This document shows, in pieces, positions 29,843 to 38,271 of a stretch of 64,000 nt of DNA (position 1 is its first letter; the number at the start of each line of letters is the position of its first letter). The DNA is from Candidatus Saccharimonadota bacterium (GTDB taxonomy: Bacteria; Patescibacteriota; Saccharimonadia; Saccharimonadales; Saccharimonadaceae), in NCBI GenBank assembly GCA_037138815.1, contig JBAXHQ010000001.1, positions 35,407 to 99,406 of the forward strand, in the 5' to 3' direction. The notes beneath the pieces are model-generated. The model had not been told where the DNA came from. It did not search any database and saw nothing but the letters and a program-made list of their open reading frames with translations. Both the position numbers and the translations under genes were made by a program.

Positions 29843-30513
29843 AAACTCGTCGGACACAGGCTATTGTCCTGCGCCGGACTAACTATGGCGAGGCCGATCG
29901 AATATTGCAACTATTAACGCCGGACGGCAAGATGAGCGTAATGGCTAGGGGTGCACGCCGTGAAAAAAGTAGACTAGCTGGTGGGATTGAATTGTTTGCA
30001 ATTTGCGAAATAGTGGTCGCTGAAGGCAAGGGTGAAATTGGTATATTAACCTCGTCCAGATTGATTCAATTTTATAGTCATATTATGCAAGATTACGATC
30101 GCATGCAATTCGCTTATCTAGCGATAAAACTAGTATCGACGGCAAGTGAAATGGTGGACGGGGCAGAGTGGTATGATTTATTGGCCGAAACTTTGGCTGG
30201 TATTGATAGAGTTTCTATACGCTTAGAACTAATCCAGGCTTGGTTTTATTTACGTTATGCGGCATTGATGGGCTACGAACTTAGTTTATGGCATGATATT
30301 GCGGGCGATGATTTATTGCCAGGAAATACTTATCGATATGATGTGGCAGAGCGCGGGTTGAGAGCTATCGATGGAGGTGAACTGACTTCAGAGCATATAA
30401 AATTACTTCGTTTAATTGCGACTAGACCGATAAAAATATTATCTCAGATTGGTGGAATTGATAGTATTATAGCGGATTGTTTATTTGTAGCGCGTGAACA
30501 TGCCGCGATATAA
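29839..30513 (+). CDS. recO: DNA repair protein RecO
   Basis: AIVLRRTNYGEADRIL.LLT...G....ARGARR.KSRL is the typical RecO OB N-terminus. ATGA overlap with the upstream receiver gene. Confidence 0.85.
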   Translation: MKTRRTQAIVLRRTNYGEADRILQLLTPDGKMSVMARGARREKSRLAGGIELFAICEIVVAEGKGEIGILTSSRLIQFYSHIMQDYDRMQFAYLAIKLVSTASEMVDGAEWYDLLAETLAGIDRVSIRLELIQAWFYLRYAALMGYELSLWHDIAGDDLLPGNTYRYDVAERGLRAIDGGELTSEHIKLLRLIATRPIKILSQIGGIDSIIADCLFVAREHAAI

Positions 30514-30544
30514 TTGCAAATTACTGGTATAATAGTTAGTAATT

Positions 30545-31903
30545 ATGAACGACAAAAACAAGAATAATAAAATGGAAGCTATCGTGAGCCTAGCTAAACG
30601 CCGAGGTTTTATTTATCAGGGTAGTGAAATTTATGGTGGTTTGGCTGGCACATGGGATTACGGCCCACTCGGAGTAGCCCTTAAACGAAATATTAGTAAT
30701 CTTTGGTGGAAAATGTTTGTCGAAGATCGCGAAGACATGTATGGTCTGGATTCGGCGATACTTATGAATCAAAGAGTATGGCAGGCTAGTGGTCATACTG
30801 GTGCTGGTTTTGCTGATCCGCTAGTTGAAGATATGGAAAACCACAAACGGTATCGTGCCGATCATTTACTCGAGGATAATGGGATCGATAATCCCGAAGC
30901 TATGACTTATGAACAAATGGATACTATTATTGCCGAGAAGTCTATCAAGAGTCCCGACGGTAACACTCTTAGCAAAGTTCGTGTCTTTAATATGATGTTT
31001 GAAACGAATGTTGGTCCAATCCATGATGAAAAATCTATTGCTTATTTACGCCCAGAGAATGCTCAGGCTATGTTTGTTAATTACAAGAACATACTAGATA
31101 GTTTTTATCCAGATCTGCCTTTTGGTATTGCTCAGATTGGACGTGCTTTTCGAAACGAGATTTCGCCACGGGAATTTATTTTCCGTGTCCGCGAATTTGA
31201 TTTGATGGAATTTGAGTATTTTATTAAACCCGACGAATGGGAGGAAAAATTTGAGTATTGGCGCGTAAAGTTTCATGAATGGATCAAGGCAATTGGTCTC
31301 GATGATAATAAGTTGCATGAACTAGAAGTACCAGCCGAAGATCGAGCACACTATAGCAAGCGTACGATTGATTTTGAATATGAATTTGAATTCGGCGCCA
31401 AAGAAATTGGGGCGGTTGCATATCGTACTGATTTTGATTTGTCTAATCATATGAAACACAGTGGTGTTAATATGGAATATACTATCAAGGGTACTAACCA
31501 AAAACTCATTCCACATGTCATCGAACCTACTTTTGGGCTAGATCGAAACATACTAGCTGTTTTAGCTGAGGGCTATACCGAGGACGAAGTCAATGGCGAA
31601 AAACGCATATATTTGAAATTACCTGAACATTTGGCGCCAGTTAAATATGCCGTATCACCACTACTTAAAAACAAACCAGAACTTGTGGCCAAAGCCCGTG
31701 AAGTTTATAGTCTATTAAAACAAAAACATGGGGCAGTTATGTGGGATGATAATGGTAATATTGGTAAACGCTATCGTCGTCAGGACGAGATCGGCACACC
31801 ATATTGCGTAGTGATTGATTTCGATACACTTGAAAATAATACCGTTACGATTCGCGACCGCGACACTACCGAACAAAAACGAGTTTCGATTAGCGAGTTA
31901 TAA
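30545..31903 (+). CDS. glyQS: Glycyl-tRNA synthetase (alpha2 type)
   Basis: LAKRRGFIYQGSEIYGGLAGTWDYGPLG is the characteristic GlyQS start. 452 aa. Confidence 0.92.
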   Translation: MNDKNKNNKMEAIVSLAKRRGFIYQGSEIYGGLAGTWDYGPLGVALKRNISNLWWKMFVEDREDMYGLDSAILMNQRVWQASGHTGAGFADPLVEDMENHKRYRADHLLEDNGIDNPEAMTYEQMDTIIAEKSIKSPDGNTLSKVRVFNMMFETNVGPIHDEKSIAYLRPENAQAMFVNYKNILDSFYPDLPFGIAQIGRAFRNEISPREFIFRVREFDLMEFEYFIKPDEWEEKFEYWRVKFHEWIKAIGLDDNKLHELEVPAEDRAHYSKRTIDFEYEFEFGAKEIGAVAYRTDFDLSNHMKHSGVNMEYTIKGTNQKLIPHVIEPTFGLDRNILAVLAEGYTEDEVNGEKRIYLKLPEHLAPVKYAVSPLLKNKPELVAKAREVYSLLKQKHGAVMWDDNGNIGKRYRRQDEIGTPYCVVIDFDTLENNTVTIRDRDTTEQKRVSISEL

Positions 31904-31907
31904 GTTT

Positions 31908-32501
31908 ATGAATTTTAACACAATACTTGTTATAGCAAGTAGTATATTATCTGTGGTTTGTTTCTTGCCTTATTTTATTGATATGGTCAAGGGCAAGACG
32001 AAACCTAGAGTAGTATCGTGGTTTATTTGGAGTGTTTTAGCGGCCATAGCTTGCATAGCTGCACTAATAGATGGGCATTATCCGACAGCTATATTTTTGC
32101 TACTATCTTCGTTGGCGCCAATGGCAGTTGTTGTTTTTGGATGGAGATTAGGGGGCGACAGGAGTATTGAGTGGCTTGATATAATCTGTTTACTAGGGGC
32201 ATTGATCGGAGTAGTTTTACTAGTGATCTTCAATTCGCCGGCATTCGCTGTAATTATTACAATAATAATTGATCTGATCGGTGGAGTACCAACATTAGTT
32301 CATGCCTGGAGGAGGCCTAACGAAGAGACTTGGCTGGAATTTGCCCTAGCCGGAGTAGCAGCACTTTGTATGTTGCTGGTTGTTAACAGCTGGGAAGTTA
32401 CAGCTTTTGTTTATCCATTATATTTATTGCTAATAAATCTAGGGGTAATGTCAATAATTCTATTTCGAAAAAAACGCAAATCATCAAAAAAGAAACGCTA
32501 G
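31908..32501 (+). CDS. Polytopic membrane protein, unknown function
   Basis: The ATG lies 5 nt after the glyQS stop; the ORF track start at 31815 overlaps glyQS and is unlikely. About 6 TM helices and a Lys-rich C-terminal tail. Confidence 0.55.
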   Translation: MNFNTILVIASSILSVVCFLPYFIDMVKGKTKPRVVSWFIWSVLAAIACIAALIDGHYPTAIFLLLSSLAPMAVVVFGWRLGGDRSIEWLDIICLLGALIGVVLLVIFNSPAFAVIITIIIDLIGGVPTLVHAWRRPNEETWLEFALAGVAALCMLLVVNSWEVTAFVYPLYLLLINLGVMSIILFRKKRKSSKKKR

Positions 32502-32514
32502 ATTTAGCGTTTCT
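32491..32514. terminator. Hairpin terminator between convergent genes
   Basis: AGAAACGCTA-GATT-TAGCGTTTCT. The T-run is on the - strand side. Confidence 0.5.
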
Positions 32515-32533
32515 CTCTGGTTTGCGATAGTAA

Positions 32534-32599
32534 CTATTTCTTAACTACTTTTTTCGGTTTTTTAGCTTCTTTTTTGCCTTTGTCAGCACCTTTTGCCAT
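32534..32599 (-). CDS. Candidate 21-aa lysine-rich mini-protein
   Basis: MAKGADKGKKEAKKPKKVVKK. The ATG is preceded by GAGAAAGGATG at SD distance and followed by the terminator at 32491-32514. It is not on the ORF track because it is too short. Confidence 0.3.
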   Translation of the reverse strand: MAKGADKGKKEAKKPKKVVKK

Positions 32600-32729
32600 A
32601 AAACATCCTTTCTCGGATCTTTAAAAGACCCTTATGGTTATATTATGCACTTTCGATTTCTAATATCAATAGGCTTGTGGTAATAATAACTTTATCCTGT
32701 CGGTAGGGATAGATTGTGTAGTATCATAG

Positions 32730-33167
32730 ATGATAATGATTACTTACTATACTGACGGTAGTTGCAGCCCTAATCCTGGCCCTGGCGGGTTTGTAGCTAT
32801 AAGGAACGAAGAACTGGCGATTGTAGGGCACGAAGGACTATCTACTAATATTCGTATGGAAGGGCGAGCTATAATAGCCGCCTTAAAAGACGCCAACGAT
32901 GATGAGTGTCAAATATTTAGCGATAGCGAGTTTTGGGTCAACGTTATAACCAAATGGGGTTCTAGTTGGGAGGCTAATGGCTGGACTAAAAAAAGCGGCG
33001 AAATCAAGAATCTCGATCTAGTCAAGGAAGTCTGTTGGCTACATAAACAGGCGAATGTTAAAATTATCTGGGTGCGTGGACATGTAGGTAATATCAATAA
33101 CGAATTAGCCGATCATTGGGCTAACAAGGCCCGAGAAGAACGTCTAAACGGCAAGTTCTTGATATAA
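32730..33167 (+). CDS. rnhA: Ribonuclease HI
   Basis: The DEDD set is present in canonical context: YTDGS, NIRMEGRA, FSDSEF and GHVGN..NELADHWAN. Confidence 0.88.
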   Translation: MIMITYYTDGSCSPNPGPGGFVAIRNEELAIVGHEGLSTNIRMEGRAIIAALKDANDDECQIFSDSEFWVNVITKWGSSWEANGWTKKSGEIKNLDLVKEVCWLHKQANVKIIWVRGHVGNINNELADHWANKAREERLNGKFLI

Positions 33168-33216
33168 CGCCGATTTTTAAAAGTCATAAAATTTAAATCC
33201 GAAAAGAGAATGTAAA

Positions 33217-34194
33217 ATGGAAAAATCGCACGAGCCAACTGATATTTTTTTATGGGCAAACAATATCGATGGAGTAAAAAAAGAGTTAGATGTTGAATTC
33301 TTTTTATTTAATAAACATTACACGCCATATTCTACGAGTTTTGATAACGAGTTAAATTCACAGATAAAACCATTATTTTTATACGATCTAATTAATTTTG
33401 TGACCATGGGAGCTGGTACTGGGCTGGCGGTGCGAGATTTTGAATTATCCGAAGGTGAAGATAATGTATTACTACGAACTGACGTGGAAAAGGTAGGCAG
33501 ACTCGAAACACTACTACATCTAATCGAACACCAACGAAATGATATTGTTGAATTCAGTGAACAGGAACATGAGTTTAAGCGCATAAAGGGTATTTTGGCT
33601 CGTTTTACTCATCGCGATTCTCCGAATAAACCATTCTATGCTTTCAAATTGATATCACAGGGGCAGGTGCTAAAAGGTTCGACTGCTTGGGAGTTTCGTA
33701 ATGGTAAATTCGGTGCGTTTCAGGCGGAGATTGGTCTAAAAGTGCCATCCGACAACCAAGTTTTGGTTGTTGATGGTGATATTTTTGTGTTTAATCAGGC
33801 TAAGTTTGAACGAATATTTAATTATGACTATAAAAAGCAGGCATTAGCTGACCAAAAAGTAGCTGAAATCGAAAAGCAATTCCGACTAAGTTTTCCGGAT
33901 GGTATGGATTTGCAATCATTAGTTCGTGAACGTAAAAAGACAGTTAATAAACTCCAAAAAGTCGAGATCGGAGCAGTTACCCAGGAGCAAGTGGTTGAAT
34001 ATGCCGACGGTATGCAATTAGAATTAATGACCGATGACACTGGCGCTATAATTATCATGGATGGTAATGACCTAGATACGTTCGTAAATCTGATTAACGA
34101 GGATTACATAACTAGTGAAATTACTGGTCGTCGCTACGAAGTCAAGACTAAGAAACTCCTAGATGATCCAGAGGGTGAACCACCAAGGGGCTAG
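33217..34194 (+). CDS. Hypothetical protein, possibly DUF4868 / KwaB-like
   Basis: The 325-aa ORF is clearly coding. Its size and segments such as VLVVDGDIFVFNQAKFERIFNY and FVNLINEDYITSEITGRRY resemble my recollection of DUF4868 (Kiwa KwaB). This is not verifiable here. Confidence 0.4.
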   Translation: MEKSHEPTDIFLWANNIDGVKKELDVEFFLFNKHYTPYSTSFDNELNSQIKPLFLYDLINFVTMGAGTGLAVRDFELSEGEDNVLLRTDVEKVGRLETLLHLIEHQRNDIVEFSEQEHEFKRIKGILARFTHRDSPNKPFYAFKLISQGQVLKGSTAWEFRNGKFGAFQAEIGLKVPSDNQVLVVDGDIFVFNQAKFERIFNYDYKKQALADQKVAEIEKQFRLSFPDGMDLQSLVRERKKTVNKLQKVEIGAVTQEQVVEYADGMQLELMTDDTGAIIIMDGNDLDTFVNLINEDYITSEITGRRYEVKTKKLLDDPEGEPPRG

Positions 34195-34218
34195 TTGGGC
34201 TGTTTTAGGTAGATTATT

Positions 34219-34719
34219 ATGACGAGTTTAATATCTTCAAAACTTAATATAAAACCAAATCCTACGGATGATGAGGAATATTTGGATTGTGTCTGTGATT
34301 TAACGAGTCACGAGATTATATGGTCGATGGAAAATTTCAGGCAGCATGCTGGGACGAGTTGTTTGGACCATAGTTTCAATGTTTCGTATATGAGTTATTC
34401 TATTTGCAAGCGTTTTAATTTGGATTTTTCTTCGGCTGCTAGGGGTGGTTTGTTACATGATTTGTTTTTATACGATTGGCACAAGGTTAGATCGTATGGT
34501 AGGCATGGGTTTACGCATCCTAGAACGGCACTGCGTAATGCTAACAAATATTTTGATCTAAACAAACTAGAAAAAGAAATTATTAAAAAACACATGTGGC
34601 CACTAACGATAGTGCCTGGTTTTCATATGGAGGTTTTTGTAGTAGTTTTTGCTGACAAATATTGTACCTTTATGGAGATATTTAGGTTTTGTAAACAGCG
34701 TATAGTCGAATATTTTTAG
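34219..34719 (+). CDS. HD-domain phosphohydrolase
   Basis: H...(25 aa)...LLHDLFLYDWH...H...KKHMWP is the HD superfamily metal-ligand pattern. 166 aa. Confidence 0.7.
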   Translation: MTSLISSKLNIKPNPTDDEEYLDCVCDLTSHEIIWSMENFRQHAGTSCLDHSFNVSYMSYSICKRFNLDFSSAARGGLLHDLFLYDWHKVRSYGRHGFTHPRTALRNANKYFDLNKLEKEIIKKHMWPLTIVPGFHMEVFVVVFADKYCTFMEIFRFCKQRIVEYF

Positions 34720-34745
34720 CACAAAATAAGGTATAATTATAATTA

Positions 34746-36278
34746 ATGAAACAGGGGATGGCGCTCGAGGTTATGCTTTCGGGAGAAAGCGTGTTGCTAA
34801 CTGGTCCAGCTGGAGCCGGCAAGACTTTTGTGTTGAACCAATTTATCAGAATGGCCAAGAGCGAAGGCAAGCATATATCAGTAACGGCTACGACTGGTCT
34901 GGCTGCCACCCACTTAGGTGGTACTACTATCCATTCATGGAGCGGAATTGGTGTCTCTGATCAGTTATATTCTGGTTTTGTTGATAATATAGCCAAAGGT
35001 CGCAGGGAAATTATCGAAAAGACCGACGTATTGATTATCGACGAGATCAGTATGTTGCACGATTATCGTTTAGATATGGTCGACGAAGTCTGCCGTGCAG
35101 TGCGTGGCAAGGACGAACCATTCGGCGGCATCCAGTTAATAATGAGTGGTGATTTCTTCCAATTACCACCAATCAATCGTGGTGATTCACGGGCTGGTGG
35201 TTTTGTGGTTAATAGTAATGTTTGGCAAGAACTCGACCCAGCCATTTGTTACCTCGAGGAACAACATCGTCAGGATGATGAGGAATTATTAGATATCCTA
35301 AATGCACTTAGGGCTGGCGAACTACGCCGTAATCATGCCGAAAAACTATTAGCACGAGTCGATGTTGCACCTAGTGGCGATGAGCCATTAACCGAACTCC
35401 ACACTGTTAATATTGATGTCGATCATCTCAATAATGAACGACTAGAAACACTGGAAGGTGATGAGATTTTCTATACCCAGACGACAACTGGCAGCAAGAA
35501 TTATGTTGAGTCCCTGCAGCGATCCGTACTGGCTCCGGCTACTCTGAGATTAAAAAAGAACGCATTTGTTATGGCCGTCAAAAACAGCATGGATCGCAAA
35601 TACGCCAATGGTAGTCTAGGTGTAGTGATTGATTTTGAACCAGGTACGGAATACCCAGTTGTCGAATTCAAGAGCGGCAAGGTCGTAACTATGTCACCTG
35701 ATACTTGGGAATTACGTGATGGTGATAAAAAACGCGCTAGTATAACTCAGATACCGCTCAGATTAGCATGGGCTATAACGGTTCATAAATCTCAGGGCAT
35801 GACACTAGATTCGGCACGAATTGACCTAAGAAAAGCCTTTGTTGAAGGTATGGGCTATGTAGCGCTCAGCCGAGTAAAAAATTTGCACAGTTTGTATTTA
35901 TCTGGCATAAACCAGATGGCGCTGCGGGTTAGCGAGGATGCCCAAATTATTGATATAAATTTGCGTGATAAAGCCGCTAGGGACTTAAAACGCTTTGCGC
36001 ATTTGGATGGCAATATTGAAAAACGTAAAACCGAGCTATTAAAAAAACCAGTCAAAAAAGCTAGTGGTTGGGCTGACAAGATTGCTAAAATGCGCGAATC
36101 CTATCCTAACGCCTATAAACCATGGGATGCTCAGCAGGATGCCATATTAAAGGAGAAATTTCAAAACGGAGTGCCCGTCAAAGAATTGAGCAAATTACTT
36201 GGTCGTCATGAGGGTTCGGTTGTTATGCGCCTACAAAAACATTTCGGCGAAGATATTGTTATAATAGATAACAAATGA
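34746..36278 (+). CDS. PIF1/RecD-like SF1 helicase with C-terminal helical/HTH-like tail
   Basis: Walker A TGPAGAGKT, Walker B LIIDEISM, SGDFFQLPPI, QHRQ, TVHKSQG and YVALSRV motifs, plus a ~100-aa basic C-terminal extension. Confidence 0.8.
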   Translation: MKQGMALEVMLSGESVLLTGPAGAGKTFVLNQFIRMAKSEGKHISVTATTGLAATHLGGTTIHSWSGIGVSDQLYSGFVDNIAKGRREIIEKTDVLIIDEISMLHDYRLDMVDEVCRAVRGKDEPFGGIQLIMSGDFFQLPPINRGDSRAGGFVVNSNVWQELDPAICYLEEQHRQDDEELLDILNALRAGELRRNHAEKLLARVDVAPSGDEPLTELHTVNIDVDHLNNERLETLEGDEIFYTQTTTGSKNYVESLQRSVLAPATLRLKKNAFVMAVKNSMDRKYANGSLGVVIDFEPGTEYPVVEFKSGKVVTMSPDTWELRDGDKKRASITQIPLRLAWAITVHKSQGMTLDSARIDLRKAFVEGMGYVALSRVKNLHSLYLSGINQMALRVSEDAQIIDINLRDKAARDLKRFAHLDGNIEKRKTELLKKPVKKASGWADKIAKMRESYPNAYKPWDAQQDAILKEKFQNGVPVKELSKLLGRHEGSVVMRLQKHFGEDIVIIDNK

Positions 36279-37300
36279 ACGAGCCTTTCGCCAAAAACGA
36301 TATCAAAATTGCTGTGGTAGGTGGTGGTACTGGTAGTTTTACATTACTCTCGGCTCTGAAAAAGCACACTAAACAGCTGGCTGCTATCGTTAATATGTCT
36401 GATGATGGTGGTAGTACTGGGGTATTACGCGACGAACTGGGCGTATTACCACCGGGTGATGTACGCCAATGTCTAGTAGCCCTTAGTGATTCTCCAAAGG
36501 TTAGGGACTTATTCAATTATCGCTTCGAAGAGGGAACTTTCGGTGGGCATTCGTTTGGTAATATTCTAATCACAGCTCTAGAAAAGGTGACGGGTGATTT
36601 TAGTGAAGCGATTCAAACTGCCTCGGAGATTTTACGTGTCAGTGGGACGGTAATCCCAGCTACGCTTGATAATGTTAGGTTAAAGATGGAATGGCCTGGC
36701 GCAAGTATCATACTGCAGGGCGAACGAGTAATTGTGGCTGATTATTTCAAACACGATCCGCGCCGAGCTGTATTATCTCTTACCCCATCGGCAGCAGCTA
36801 ACCCTATGGCGCTAAAGGCGATCGAGCAAGCTGACGTAGTTGTAATTGCTCCTGGTGATATGTATTCTTCACTTGGGCCGCTACTGGTAATCGATGGCAT
36901 TGCTGAGGCTCTTAGAAAAACCGATGCTATCTGTGTCTATGTTTCGAATCTGGTAACAAAATATGGTCAAACTGTGGATTTTACGGTTAGTGACCATGCT
37001 GGTGAGATCGAGCGTTTCGTTGGTGAGTCTTTTTTGGATTACGTTTTTTATAACGAGCAAATTCCGACCAAGGAATTAGCCCGTAGATATAAAAAGGAAG
37101 ATGCTTATTTAGTAAAAGTTGATAGATCAGCGTTAAGAAAAGCATCATACATTGCTATTCCTGGTAATTTCCTAGGTAAAATGGCTGGTCGTAGTAAATC
37201 AGACATTCTAATGGCAAAACGCCCATTAATACGTCATGATGCCGATGCAGTGGCAAAAGTTTTATTAGATTTGTATGATCAAACTAATAAACGTCACTAA
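36275..37300 (+). CDS. yvcK: YvcK/CofD-family protein (gluconeogenesis/cell-shape factor)
   Basis: VVGGGTGSFTLLSAL...IVNMSDDGGSTGVLRDELGVLPPGDVRQCLVALS. ATGA overlap with the helicase. Confidence 0.85.
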   Translation: MNEPFAKNDIKIAVVGGGTGSFTLLSALKKHTKQLAAIVNMSDDGGSTGVLRDELGVLPPGDVRQCLVALSDSPKVRDLFNYRFEEGTFGGHSFGNILITALEKVTGDFSEAIQTASEILRVSGTVIPATLDNVRLKMEWPGASIILQGERVIVADYFKHDPRRAVLSLTPSAAANPMALKAIEQADVVVIAPGDMYSSLGPLLVIDGIAEALRKTDAICVYVSNLVTKYGQTVDFTVSDHAGEIERFVGESFLDYVFYNEQIPTKELARRYKKEDAYLVKVDRSALRKASYIAIPGNFLGKMAGRSKSDILMAKRPLIRHDADAVAKVLLDLYDQTNKRH

Positions 37301-37389
37301 AATCATAATAAATACACGTAAATAGCTATTGTAGTAAATAGGACAACAATTATCATTAGGTTTGGCATTGTATCCGTTAATTCATGAAC

Positions 37390-37411
37390 TTATCCACAAA
37401 ACTGTGAATAA
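37390..37411. promoter_or_regulatory. Inverted pair of DnaA-box-like 9-mers
   Basis: TTATCCACA (perfect consensus) -aaac- TGTGAATAA (the reverse complement TTATTCACA fits TTATNCACA). Together they form a 10-4-10 near-palindrome upstream of the mraZ promoter. Confidence 0.4.
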
Positions 37412-37443
37412 GTGCCGACTAGACTATTAAAAACTATAAAAAA

Positions 37444-37500
37444 TGGGGGTTGATGTGGGTAATGGTGGGTAGTATAGTTAACTCAGTGGAAAAAAGTGGG
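37444..37500 (+). promoter_or_regulatory. mraZ promoter with phased GTGGG (MraZ-box-like) repeats
   Basis: TGGGG/GTGGG/GTGGG at 37444, 37455 and 37465, then GTGGA/GTGGG at 37486 and 37496, all on a ~10-bp phase. TTGATG-17-TATAGT (37450-37478) carries two of the boxes in its spacer. Confidence 0.6.
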
Positions 37501-37574
37501 TAACACCACCAAAACAAACAAACACCACTAATATCAAAAATAACCTAAGCGGAGCCGCAAATAGAAAGAACAAT

Positions 37575-37946
37575 ATGGCAAGCGTAGATTATTTCGAACG
37601 AAAGCTTGATGACAAGCGACGGTTGACAATACCAACCGAACTTCGGAATGAATTTGCTAGCGGTGTTGTGCTAACTCGCGGTTTCAACCAGTACTTACAT
37701 CTGTACCCGAAACAAATTTGGGACAGGGAAGTCGAACCGGCACTAAATGGCAGTATTCTCGATGAGAAAATAGCCGATATGAACGTACGGTTTAGACGTG
37801 GCAAGACTGAGGCTGAACTTGACCAAAAACAAGGTCGAGTTACAATCGAGCAGCACCTGCTAGATTATGCCGGAATTGATCACGAACTGGTCGCTGTCAG
37901 AGCTGGCGCATACTGGCGTATTATGCCTCCGACTGCTGACGTTTAG
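37575..37946 (+). CDS. mraZ: Transcriptional regulator MraZ
   Basis: Two SpoVT/AbrB-like halves with LDDKRRLTIP and LDQKQGRVTI. It is the first gene of the dcw cluster. Confidence 0.88.
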   Translation: MASVDYFERKLDDKRRLTIPTELRNEFASGVVLTRGFNQYLHLYPKQIWDREVEPALNGSILDEKIADMNVRFRRGKTEAELDQKQGRVTIEQHLLDYAGIDHELVAVRAGAYWRIMPPTADV

Positions 37947-38271
37947 GCTTCCGAATTTTCGTAGCTCTTTAAAAATTCATACGTAAAAACAAGAAAAACT
38001 CTCGAGATCAACTATCTGGTAGTTAGGCAGTGGGCTACGGGACCACATTAAAAAACTCGCGCACCTTCTTCAAAAAAACACACCTCCCAAAAAAACTCCA
38101 CCTCACACATAAGTCTCTCAACCGAATAATTACAGTTTGTGATTTGCTTTTGGCAACCACTTTGACAATTATTCGGACACTTATAAATAAAACAAACACA
38201 CAACAAAAACAAACAGCCATAGCTACCAGTTAGGTGATCTCGAACAGCCGTTCATGTTATCATGATAGGCA

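Noticed and set aside
31815-31907. The N-terminal 31 codons of the membrane-protein ORF overlap glyQS.
   Set aside because: The overlap lies in a different frame of the conserved GlyRS C-terminus. An ATG sits 5 nt after the glyQS stop, immediately before the first TM helix, and is the sensible start.
33217-34194. A complete Kiwa (KwaA+KwaB) defence system.
   Set aside because: No membrane-protein gene lies directly upstream in the same operon. The nearest one is separated by a terminator, an antisense mini-ORF and rnhA. Only a KwaB-like candidate can be proposed.
38030-38233. 67-aa (+) and 61-aa (-) ORFs between mraZ and rsmH.
   Set aside because: They lie in a G-depleted low-complexity tract, have no SD, and both strands are open simply because stop codons are rare in this composition.
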